Part shown: positions 50,958-62,174 of the stretch, one piece after another | Numbering within the stretch: position 1 is the first letter of the stretch | Layout of the letters: each line of letters starts with the position of its first letter | NCBI GenBank assembly: GCA_964016885.1 | Contig: OZ024750.1 | Coordinates: 62,001 to 126,000 of the forward strand | DNA from: Eledone cirrhosa | Taxonomy: Eukaryota | DNA: 64,000 nt | Direction of reading: 5' to 3' | Made by a program: the position numbers and the translations under genes | Notes under the pieces: model-generated | The model's database searches: none | The model's input: only the letters and a program-made list of their open reading frames with translations | What the model was told of the DNA's origin: nothing

Positions 50958-52259
50958 TATATATATAAATGTAAAGTATTAAACTTATATATAGAATTTT
51001 GACTCCATCCTTCTTTTTTGCTTTCTGTGTTTACATGTATCTTTCTATACAGTTTTCCTCAAAAACATCTCTTATCCTTCAACCAATACACATTGAGCTC
51101 ACTCTGAAAATATTTGGCAATTATATACTCTTATATTTAATTCTCTACATACAAATCGAGTTATATATTATATTACCTTTGCTATAAATAAAAAATATAT
51201 ATATATATATTGTAGATGTAGAATCTCGACTGTGATCCCTGTGGTTTCAGCTTTTCTCATGGGTGCCCATGAGAAAGCTTGAAGAAACAACCTGAAAACA
51301 CAGGGCTCATGGTTGAAATTCTACCTCTACAATATATCTATTCTACATCCCATCATTCATCAAGTATTACCCTGCTTTGTGGTCTTCACACTGCAGACAC
51401 TCCATGTGTGTGTGTATATATATATAAGAATGGCTTTATGAAAGGGATTGGGAAGAAACCACTGTTAAATAAGGTCCTCAATACATTAGTAGAGAAGGTA
51501 GACATTTATTTCATATAGAAATGACTTCTACAGACCTAGAGCTGTTTCATTTGAATGGAACAGTTCTAGTCCTGTAGAAGTAATGACACCAGCACTACCA
51601 CCTTCCAGGGTGGATTGGAAGGTGATCTGTATAATACTTATAGTGAATGTTTTCAGGAAGAATTTGAAAGGTAAATAGAATTAGAAATCCGTAAATTTGA
51701 CTTGACAGTTGTGGTAGATGATACTTGGCAGTTATTTTAATGCAAGTGTTTTTCTATTCCTCTGTTTGGATATTTAGTTGTTTATCTTCTACTTTTTAAA
51801 ACTAATAAATGATATGGATTTAAATTATAACAAAGGATCAACTCTTAAGAATTTCAAGACTCAGTTCGTATGTATTTTTTGGTTGTAAAAATAAACAAGG
51901 TTAAGACCCAACACCTCCGCGCCCTAGGCCTCATCACCCTCTCCCTCCAATTCTCTGACCCCAGAGCCCTTGCCTTCATTTTCCATTCTTAAATATCTGT
52001 AGTGTTGTTATTTAAAATAGATTTGTTTATGATTTCCTAAATAAAATATTTTTAATATTAGATTAAACTGAATATAAGAAAATGAGTTTTATTACAACTT
52101 TTACAAGAATATAAGAAAAAAGTATTGTTATTGTTTCTTTTTTACAACTGTGAAATAGGATATTACTTTAAATTTCCTTTTTTTTCTGTTGTAGGCTGGA
52201 GTTGATATATTTACATCAATGATTGATATTTTGGATCAGTATATTATCTTTATTTAAGA

Positions 52260-53924
52260 ATGCTAGTTAATTTTTGTCATAATAGCTTAAAACCAGCGAT
52301 TTTCTGTAACAAACCAACTTATGATGGATATGATATTAATAATCTTATACAGCAAACATCCTTCCAGAACCAAGGTTTTATGGTGGAGCCGTTTATTAAA
52401 CCACCAGTTTCCATAACATTGAAATTTCCGTGTAATGTTGAAATTTTCAAAATTTGTATTAATCCGTTTGTTGGTCAACAAAAATCTTTGGGCTTTGAGG
52501 TTTACACGAAATCTGAAGTTATCAAAGATTCCTGGTTGATGGACTCAAGTCAGATACCTTCTGTTAACACAGATGGCATTTTTGTTCCAGTTGGAAGAGT
52601 TCTCCTTAAAGAAGCGAAAATCTTTTGTTTCCGCAATTATAGGTTTAAAAGCCAACAGGAATTGCCCAGCTTAATGTGCTGTCAATTAGAATTACCTTTG
52701 AAACACCACCAGCAGAAATCTCTGACATGTGTTAGCCATGTGTTACTAAGAATAACTCAAACTGCAGGAAGTTGTGTCCCTTGCGTTGGAAAACTTGAAA
52801 TTTGGGCTAAACCTGTGTCAAACGGTGTAAAAATCCTCGAATCTAAAGTCTATTCCTGCTTTAAACAACATCTTTCAGATAATCACTTACATGAAGGAGA
52901 TACACCTATTAATGAAAAGAACTCTGTTAATGAAAATACAGCTTCTTGTATGCCTACAAATAATGACAATTCCTTTAACTTAAATGGCGTTGATGTTCCT
53001 GAAGATTTCCTTGATCCGATTACATGTGAAATAATGTCAATGCCAATGTTGTTGCCTTCTGGTCAGTCTGTCAACCAATCCACATTGGACAATTATACTA
53101 ATTCTGAATCAAAATGGGGACGTGGACCAAATAATCTTTTCACTAACATTAAATTCACTTCAACTTACAAACCTATACCAAATACAGCACTCAAAGTAAG
53201 GATTGATAAATTCCTGTTTGACAATAGTCAGAGACTTTCTGATGTACCAAGAACTGTTGGTCGTGCTTCGGACATACAAAATCAAGGACTGTCTATACCA
53301 AGAAAAGACTGGGTACAGCCAGCATGTTTAAAAGCAGATTCACACAATCAAATAGTTATGCAGCTTGATAACTCTTTCAATGTATCACAAAAAGAATGTT
53401 CGTCATTAAATAATTGTCACAATGTTGCAGAATCAAGTTTAAATGGACTCATAAAATCTCCTGAAAACCATGGAAGTACTTCTGATAGCTTTACACAATC
53501 ATCAACTACTAGCAGAAGAAATTTTCAGATGCCAAAACTTGGAACAAAGAGAAAAACTTTATCTTCAAAAGTCGATATTGAGGGTAATCCAAAAAAAATA
53601 CCGATGTCTAGAAATACTCAAGTAAATAGAGATTCACATGAGAATGATTTAAAAGAAAGTCTTGACTCAGCTTTATCTCAAACTTTAGGTACACTTCCAT
53701 CATTCCGTACTCCAAATTTGAATAGTAAGGAAGTCAATATAAAAAAGTGTGTAATATGCCAAGTAAGTAATGAAATCCACCTCTATGTACTGCCTTGCAC
53801 ACACATACTTTGTCGAAAGTGTCTCAATAGTCATTGCCTAAATGAGAATGGTACTATGATGTATTATTGTTTACAATGCAATAATTCTTATAATTCCAAA
53901 GAGATTCAACGACTTTATAATTAA
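52260..53924 (+). CDS. UBOX5: RING finger protein 37 / U-box domain protein 5-like E3 ubiquitin ligase (554 aa)
   Basis: Uninterrupted ORF with an RNF37-type N-terminus (GFMVEPFIKPPVSITLKFP), U-box (VPEDFLDPITCEIMSMPMLLPSGQSVNQSTLD...PNTALKVRIDKF) and C-terminal RING (CVIC...LPCTHILCRKC...CLQC). A polypyrimidine/TAG acceptor at 52194 implies an upstream non-coding exon. Confidence 0.9.
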   Translation: MLVNFCHNSLKPAIFCNKPTYDGYDINNLIQQTSFQNQGFMVEPFIKPPVSITLKFPCNVEIFKICINPFVGQQKSLGFEVYTKSEVIKDSWLMDSSQIPSVNTDGIFVPVGRVLLKEAKIFCFRNYRFKSQQELPSLMCCQLELPLKHHQQKSLTCVSHVLLRITQTAGSCVPCVGKLEIWAKPVSNGVKILESKVYSCFKQHLSDNHLHEGDTPINEKNSVNENTASCMPTNNDNSFNLNGVDVPEDFLDPITCEIMSMPMLLPSGQSVNQSTLDNYTNSESKWGRGPNNLFTNIKFTSTYKPIPNTALKVRIDKFLFDNSQRLSDVPRTVGRASDIQNQGLSIPRKDWVQPACLKADSHNQIVMQLDNSFNVSQKECSSLNNCHNVAESSLNGLIKSPENHGSTSDSFTQSSTTSRRNFQMPKLGTKRKTLSSKVDIEGNPKKIPMSRNTQVNRDSHENDLKESLDSALSQTLGTLPSFRTPNLNSKEVNIKKCVICQVSNEIHLYVLPCTHILCRKCLNSHCLNENGTMMYYCLQCNNSYNSKEIQRLYN

Positions 53925-55353
53925 TTCTTTCTCTGACATATTGAAATAGAACCAGTGATGAATGTTGGGAAGAGAAATGGAATGAGGTGGTTGAGGAAGG
54001 ATGAAAGGGACTGGATGAGAGGAGTGATGGGAATAGAACCACTGATGAATGTTGTGAAGAGAACTGAAATGAGATGGTTAAGTCATGTGTGGAGGAAGGA
54101 TGGAATTGAATGGTTGAGAGGAGTGGTGGAAATGAATGTGTAAGGAAGTAGATGAATGGGAAGACCAAGAAAGACATGGATAAGGCCGGGGCATTGGTGG
54201 AGATGCATACAATATGGAAACATGGGAACCACAGGGCTAACACCTGTTTATGTATTAGAAATTCATTTGACAGCATAACAAGAAGAAAACTAAAGTATAC
54301 TGGACATTACTATAAACTTGTCAAACATACAGAAAAAGAAAAGCAGCATTGGGGAATATTAAAATACTTGTGGCATTTTTTTCTTTTTATACACCTGAAA
54401 GAATAAAGATAAACAGTTGTAGTCACTTAATTTCTCCTTCATGATATTCCCTCATCAACATGGATCAATGTTCAGGAATTTCAGGTGAACACTGAAATTA
54501 CAAGGAGGAGGAGGAAGGTGAGAATGTTAAAAGAAAGTTAGGAGCTTATTGGGGGACCTGCAAGGCTTAACCTCTGCTTTAGCAAGGAATATGGCCTTAA
54601 AACGTTTCTTGTTGTACATGAGTAAATTTATTTGACAGCTATTTCAAAAGGTTTTCTTTTGAAATTTGTAAAACATTTCTTATGGTTCTTTTATTCTTTT
54701 ACTGTTTTCAGTGTTTAGACTGTGGTCATGCTAGGGCACTACAGTTCTTTTTATTTTACAAGTCTGGTACTTATTTCATTAATCTCTTTTTTTTTGTCAA
54801 CTTGCTAAAGACAAATGTAAACATAGACACACACATGTTATACAATAAGATGGGAATCTGAATAGACAGACCTCCCTACTGCTTTACGTTTGAGAAATGG
54901 GCAAAAATCCAAACTTCATTTGTAAGCTGAGGCAGCTAATCAATACATTGTTTAGATGGCATATAAAAGGCCTCTCCCCCATTTTCAAAAAAAAAAAAAA
55001 TGGGGGGGGGGGGGGGGGGGTCACATATTCCTCAGTTTACATTTGAGTATATACTGTATATATAAACTCATGCATGTTTTTATATGCACCTCTATTGATC
55101 TCTTTTTGTATATTTCCATGCTCCATTTATGTGTTATTAGGCAGAAAATAAGTATTTATGTTTCACTGGATATGTAATGTTAGTATTCATGAATAACAGA
55201 CTAAAAGTGAACTTAGAAAAAATTGGAGCATAAGTAGAATTTAATGTAGTATGTAAGAAAGACGATTTTATAGCTTTAGTTAAGCTATATAACTAAAATA
55301 ACAACAAAGTGTGATTTGTTGAACTGTTGTTTATTGCATGACAAATATTTATA

Positions 55354-55540
55354 ATTGTTTCTACTTTTGGCACAAGGCCAGCAATTATCCCAGTGTATTA
55401 CTGGTACTTTATTTTATCAACCCCCGTGAGGATGAAAGGCAAAGTTAACCTTGGCGGGATTTGAACTCAGACCATAAAGGGCCGTAACTCTTTGCTGCAA
55501 AGTATGGCGTCCGACCCTCTACCGATACTGCCAATCCACA
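55354..55540 (-). mobile_element. SINE family 2 copy
   Basis: Matches 45865-46051. Confidence 0.8.
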
Positions 55541-56915
55541 TAATGAGTAAGAAGGAGTGATCTACCTCTTAAATACAGGTCTTGTTAACTGCCTCACCAG
55601 AAGTCTTCAATGATGACCAGCTCAATAACTAGTCTGAAGTAAAGGCCCTTCTGTCAACAGTTCAATAACAAACAGTAAAGGCCCTTCCATCAACAGTTTG
55701 TCTTTTACGAGCTCGCGGCAATGTTCTACAATAAGGGGTGCAAGAGTTGTATAAAAAAAAAAGTGCTGAGTGCTTGAAAAGAATGGAACAAAGTTGTGAA
55801 GAATGACTTTAAGAAACTGAACTTTGACTGCAACATAAAAGTAGTGAGAGGCCAGAGGCTACAGTATTGGTGATTAAATGGAGATAATATATGGTTTAAA
55901 AGGGGCCTTCTGCCTGGATGAGCATGTGACAACTTCTCTAGTGCTGGTGTTGTGATCAAATACATTCTGTAATGTCGTAGTGTTGGTGACATAAAAAATG
56001 CACCCAGTACTCTGTAAAGTGGTGATGCTGGTATTACAAAAAATACACCCAGTACATCCTGTAAAGTGATAGTGCTGGTGTCACAAAAAAATACACCCTG
56101 GGTCAATGTAATCAAATTCCTCCGCTCTCCAAATTGCTGACTTTGTGTCTAAATTAGAATATTATTGTCATCTAGACAAATAAATTCATTGTGTAGTTGT
56201 CTTCTTCTTTAGATGGTCGTGAGGCAGAGTCTTCAGACATGCCTTCCAGATTGTCCTATCAGAAGCTACTATCTCCAATTGATCTCTCTGGATCCCCAAA
56301 TGAGACCAACCAAGCTCATGGATGTTATTTGATCATCTTGCTTGTGGTCAAGCTCTGGATCTCCTGCCAGTTGGCTTTGCTTGTAGAATCTTTAGATATT
56401 TTGATCCAAGATGTGATCATTTGATTTGAAGAAGTAGCAACTCCCTGATCTTTGACCTATGTATCAAGTAACGTTACTCCAAAGACCCTTCAGCAGAACC
56501 TCATTTTGGTCACTTGTATTTGCATTCAATAACTTCTCTGCATCAATTTGTTTAATCTTGAGATAAATATGAAGATCAGCTGAAAAATTCATAAGTTGAC
56601 CAAGATACTCTTATGGAATGACCAAATGAAAGTTTATTTTTCAAAAAAACATTCCTTTCTCTTATGAATACACTAACATTTATTATAAGAATTAAACCAT
56701 AAACTTTATGTAAATGAACCATGCCTCATATTTCTTTACATTGGTTTCTCACATTGACACAAATAGTGTATGAGGGTCGGTTAAAAAGTTCATAGTCTGA
56801 CCAAGATAGTCTCAAGGAATGACCAAATGAGGTTTATTTTTCAAAATAGTCACTGGAAAGAAACAATGCAGTTGATAAGAAGAGCTGAAATTAATGCATG
56901 CAAGATTTTAGAGCT

Positions 56916-57093
56916 CTAGCTATTTTAGTTTTAACATGTAGCTATGCTAGTCCTAACATAGTTACGTTTTAACATGTAGCTATGCTACACCTAACATGTA
57001 GTTGTGTTAGTCTTAACATGCAGCTATGCTAGTCATAACATGTAGCCATGTTAGTCCTAACAAGTAGCTATGCTAGTTTTAACATGTAGCTAT
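56916..57093. repeat. 22-bp minisatellite, about 7-8 copies
   Basis: Unit AACATGTAGCTATGCTAGTCCT. Confidence 0.85.
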
Positions 57094-58120
57094 AATGGTT
57101 GGTTCATTAAAATGATGAGTGGATATGAATATGTAGTGATAAAAATATAAACAACATTAACCTTATGAATTATCAAAGGCACTGGGGTTGTTTGAAATTT
57201 GAATATGTGAGTGTCCTAAACTCAGAAATTCACTGTAATAATAGTTGATCATATGCATTTATATATTCACACACACACACCATGTCATACAAATGCTCTT
57301 GCATGATACATATAAACGTCAACAGCATGAGTGTCTTATGCACAAACCAAACTTAATACTAACACCCTTTATTCAAAAAGAAAAACTAAACTCAACAGGC
57401 CCAGAAATAGCCGTCGAAACGGCTTGAGCTCTGCCATCGGGGCCTTGAACATTTTCCTATATATATATATATATATAATCATCATCATTGTAATTTTACG
57501 TCAACGTGTATATATGTGTGTGTATATATGGGCACTCATTCACACACACACAATCTATAATTAGTATGTTTGCTTGAACTGCATAAACATGCAATTTAAA
57601 GAGACATATTATCTATATTATGCAGGTTCAATAAATATTTCCTGTTTCCTATTATGTAAATAACAAACAAGATTCTGCAACACACCTAAGGTTCAAAGGA
57701 ATTCCTTTCAGTTACTGTTGTTTTTTTCCTAACAGTGAGTTTCATCATCATCATCATCGTTTAATATTTATTTTCCATGCTTGTGATACTTCTCTAGCTT
57801 AAGTATAAACACAACACATGTATGCATCATCATCATCTTCCCCATTTAATGTCTATTTTCCATGGATGCACCTACATGACCACTTTACAGTGTAGGCTGG
57901 GTGCTATTTTGTCATGTCACCTACGTAACTTTAGGGGACTTTACGTATATATATATATATATATATATACGTAAAGTCCCCTAAAGTTGCGTAGGTGAGT
58001 CTTTACCCTATATATATATATATATATGTCATGTCACCTACGCAACTTTAGGGGACTTTACATATATATATATATATATATACGTAAAGTCCCCTAAAGT
58101 TGTGTAGGGGGTCTTTACCC

Positions 58121-58153
<33 letters not shown>

Positions 58154-58160
58154 ATATATA

Positions 58161-58430
58161 GGGTAAAGACCCCCTTTGGTCACAAATGAAAATGGGATTT
58201 TCACCTAGAAAGTTCCCCTCTAAGGCACAAGTCCGGGCAAGGTTGTTTGTGGAAGACCGATAGTTGCCCATGCATACCAGCCTCCCCTCTCCATACCACC
58301 AATGTTGTGCAAGGGAAAGGCAAAGGCTGATACAACTTGGCACGAGTGACGTCGCAACTCATTTCTACAGCTGAGTGAACTGGAGCAACGTAAAATAAAG
58401 TGTCTTGCTCAAGAATACAACACAAAGACT
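58161..58430 (-). mobile_element. CORE-like SINE (third family), 5'-truncated
   Basis: Minus strand TCTTGAGCAAGACACTTTATTTTACGTTGCTCCAGTTCACTCAGCTGTAGAAATGAG core with a different tail ending GGGGTCTTTACCC(TA)n. Confidence 0.7.
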
Positions 58431-58454
58431 GGTCTGATAATTGGACTGGGCAGG

Positions 58455-59245
58455 TGTTCACCAAGGCTCCGTCCTTAGCCCCCCCCCCCCCCCCCTCCTG
58501 TTTATTATTGACCTATAGAAGAGTTTCAGACTGGCTGCCTATGGGAACTTCTATATGCAGATGATCTAACTGTCATAGCTGAATCTATGGCTGAACTAGA
58601 GAAGAAATTCCAACATGGAAGCATGGCCTAGAATCAAAAGGCCTTAAAGTTAACTTGTCTAAGACTAAAGTTCTAGTATGTAGAAAGGAAAATAGGGCAC
58701 AGGTGCCCTCTGGGAAATGGCCATGCTCAGTGTGTAGGAAAGGAGTAGGTAGAAATTCCATTCTATGCCCCAAATGCAAACTATGGGTACATAAAAGATG
58801 TAGTGGGATCACAGGTAAGCTATCTAAGAATGAAGATTTTACATGTGGCCGATGCTCAGGTGCAGTAAGTAACAAGGACCCACTGGATGCTATCTCCTTC
58901 AACTGCCCAGATGGTTCTATAGAAAGAGTAGACACTTTCCGTTACCTGGGTGACAAAATCAGCAGTGGAGGAGGGTGCTCTGTAAGTACAGTAGCTAGAG
59001 TTAGAACGGGATAGAAAAAGTTCAGATAGCTAATACTGCTGTTAGCCACAAAAGGTTCTCATGTAATGCGTATGAAGGATGACAGCTGTATAAAAAAGTG
59101 CAGGGCGATCAAAATTGATGGAAACTACGGAGTAGGTAGACCCAGAAAAACCGGGGACGAAGTGATAAAAACTGACCTTGCACACTTACAATGTCACTGG
59201 ATTGAGATCTTTGTGACGCTATACGGTAATACAGAAGACCTGCCA
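58455..59245 (+). mobile_element. RTE (subfamily B-like) RT/PHD fragment
   Basis: WELLYADD, GKWPCSVCRKGVGRNSILCPKCKLWVHKRC, DTFRYLGD. Confidence 0.88.
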
Positions 59246-59269
59246 ACCCTTACGTATGAAATTAAATCA

Positions 59270-60330
59270 ACACTGCTGTGTGTGTGTATCACCAGGGGAA
59301 GCATATATTGAGCCAAATATGGTGCATGGAAATAGGTTGGGTGTAGTTGATACTTTCGTTTATCTGGGTAGTACATTATCAAGGGATGGTTCACTAGATG
59401 CAGAAATACACCTGCACATTCAGAAGGCCTCTATAGCCTTTGGAAAACTTGAAAAGAGAGAGTCAGCAGATGATGGCATCAATATCAAGACCAACATTAG
59501 TGTGTACAAGGTGTGCTTTGTTGAACTTTTTGGAAACATAGACAGTACATCACAGACACTAATCAAAAGTGTTTAAGACGAATCATAAACATCAAATGGC
59601 AACAAAAAATACCTGACACACAAATCCTTATAGATGCTGGTTGCACGAGCATTAAATCTACCATCATATCCTCTCAAATGCATTGGCTAGGCCATATTGT
59701 ACACACAAATGAGGAAAGACTCCCAAAACAACTATTTTACAGTCAATAGCACACTGGGAAACACCCTCAGCACAAACAAAGCAAAAGATATAAGGATTGC
59801 ATAAAAAACAACCTTAAAGATCTACAGTTTGAAGTTCAGAACTGGGAAGTGCTTGCTTTAAAGAGGGGTAAATGGAGAGGATATGTGAAGGAAGGTTGCA
59901 GAATGTTTGAAGAGAGACGTCTTGATCATGAAAAACTTAAACATCAACTTCGAAAAGGCCACAGTATGAACATAAAGAGCTGGATTTGTGAGGTGTGTGG
60001 TCGTTTACTACTCTCTAAATCTGGGTACATCAGGCATTCAAAATCACATAAAAAGCCAACTGTATGCAGCTGTATCCCTCCATTACTAGTTGAGACAATT
60101 TGTGTGGTCTGCAAATCAATCTCTGGACTTAAAAAGCATATGAGGGTATATAAGGATGACATCCCCAAAACTGACCCAATTAATCCAATAGAGGGCACAT
60201 CTTTTGTCTGTCACATTTGCTACAGACCATGTAAATCTAAAGCTGGACTTAAAAGTCACCTAAGGGGCCATGGACAGACGTTTTGAGTTGGTAATGGGGG
60301 TGCATAGGGAGCCGGCAATCATCTGCAAAG
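59270..60330 (+). mobile_element. Distinct RTE-type LINE 3' half with C-terminal C2H2 zinc fingers (pseudogenised)
   Basis: VVDTFVYLGSTLSRDGSLDAEI..IQKASIAFGKL, WLGHIV, RLPKQLFY, then CEVC...H...H, CVVC, CHIC...KAGLKSHLRGH. Confidence 0.8.
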
Positions 60331-60489
60331 ATGAAGCAATCACCATGCATGTGTGTGTGTGTGTTATGTGTATATATATATATATAAGTATTGAAGTTTC
60401 CGTTGAAAATTGAAAACGTCAGAGGAATGAAGAGTGCTCTATGTAAGTTACAGAGCTAAATATTTAATGTCTAATAAACAATACAGTAT

Positions 60490-60567
60490 AATTACCTCAT
60501 TACCAGAGGTTTCCCGAATAAGATGAATACAAGAAATGTCCGCATTCGTTCATCAGACAAGGCAATT
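60490..60567 (-). ncRNA. Type I hammerhead ribozyme-like motif
   Basis: Inverted copy of 61412-61489 with the core intact. Confidence 0.65.
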
Positions 60568-60930
60568 TAAAACATAGGGAAATATTTGAAAAATCTCTTC
60601 AAGAAAGGTAAAAGTTTAACGGGCAAAAATAAATAAATAAAAATAATAATACAAGAGATGTATAAAAATAAAAATAAAGAAATATAGTAAGGGGATGTGT
60701 ATAAATGTGTGTATATGCACTTACAAATGTACATGTGTGTGTATGTACAAATGCATGTGTATAGTGAAAAAATGTGTGCGTAAGTACATACATGAGGGCA
60801 AACATTAGTGTAATTCCTTTTTTTTTTACAATTCCTTTTTCAACATATATATACGTATTTGTGGTCACACATACACTAATATGTTTGCCCTCATGTATGT
60901 ACGTACGCACACATTTTTTCACTATATACA

Positions 60931-61226
60931 TGGAGGCACATGGCTTAGTGGTTAGAGCATTGGCCTTGCAATCGAAAGGTTGTGAGTTCAATTCTCAGAC
61001 CAGGCGATGTATTGTTTCCTTGAGCAAGGCACTTTATTTCACATTGTTCCAGTTACCTCAGCTGCAAAGTGGTCGTTCCACAGCAAAAAAGCACCCAGCA
61101 CTCACTGTAAATGAGGTTGGTGTTAGGAAGGGCATCCAGCTGTAGAAATCAAGCCAGAATCAGCTCCCGTCCCACCCTTGCAAGCAGGGAAAAGTGTACG
61201 TAAAATGAAATGATGATGATGATGAT
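60931..61226 (+). mobile_element. Same SINE family, solitary copy
   Basis: Head, core and tail match 17050-17385. Confidence 0.88.
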
Positions 61227-61411
61227 ATGCATTTGTACATACACACACATGTACATTTGTAAGTGCATATACACACATTTATACACATCCCCTTACTATA
61301 TTTCTTTATTTTTATTTTTATATATTTCTTGTATTATTACTTTTATTTATTTTTTTTGCCCATTAAACTTTTGCCATTCTTGAGATTTTTCAAATATTTC
61401 ACTATGTTTTA

Positions 61412-61489
61412 AATTGCCTTGTCTGATGAACGAATGCAGACGTTTCTTGTATTCGTCTTATTCGGGAAACCTCTGGTAATGAGGTAATT
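61412..61489 (+). ncRNA. Type I hammerhead ribozyme-like motif
   Basis: AAUUGCCUUGU-CUGAUGA-ACGAAU...AUUCGG-GAAA-CC UCU GG-UA-AUGAGGUAAUU; 11-bp stem I including G-U pairs, GUA cleavage triplet at 61476-61478. Confidence 0.68.
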
Positions 61490-62050
61490 ATACTGTATTG
61501 TTTATTATACATTAAATATATATATATATTTGAATGCTACTAACTTGTCTTATATTACTTATATTATTTACATTACATAACATATCTATGCTATCATTAC
61601 GTATCTGTTTTTACCATAATGCATGCTACTATTAACATTCTGTATGTAATAAGCTTGATATACTCACTTTCTGTCTTACCTTATGCATGCTATTATTAAC
61701 ATTCTGTATATTTTGCTTAATATATTCACTTGTAGTTATACCCTTATTATAACACATTTCAATACTTTGATACCTTTTTACTGTAATATCATGTATTTGC
61801 TTGATATCATTTTGCATCTGTATTACCTTTATGCATACTATTATTAACTTTCTGTGTAATATGCTTATTATACTCACTTTAAGTAATAATCTCTTTACAA
61901 CAGCTCTCAATATATTGCTATCTGTTTACTATAATATCATTTTGTTACTCTAGCTTTTCAATATGATGTCACAGACACTATTTATAATAATGTATCTTAA
62001 TGAATGTTCTAAGGACTAGGAATGTAATTACTTGTTTAAACATTGTGTAT

Positions 62051-62096
62051 ACTCCGATGATTCCAAACAGTTGTCTGGAAGAAACGATCGTCAGCA
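62051..62096 (+). ncRNA. Minimal type I hammerhead ribozyme-like motif (CCGAUGA variant)
   Basis: ACU-CCGAUGA-UUCCA AACAGUUGUC UGGAA-GAAA-CGAUCG-UC-AGC; clean stem II, palindromic ACGAUCGU stem III, GUC site. Confidence 0.62.
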
Positions 62097-62142
62097 ATTA
62101 AATGCATTAAACAAAAATTTGATTGTTATATATTTTGTATTT

Positions 62143-62174
<32 letters not shown>

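Larger units (their letters stand above)
60461..61518. repeat. About 295-bp inverted repeat (60461-60756 / 61227-61518), each arm carrying a hammerhead motif
   Basis: Arms are high-identity reverse complements around a SINE-containing spacer. Confidence 0.88.
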
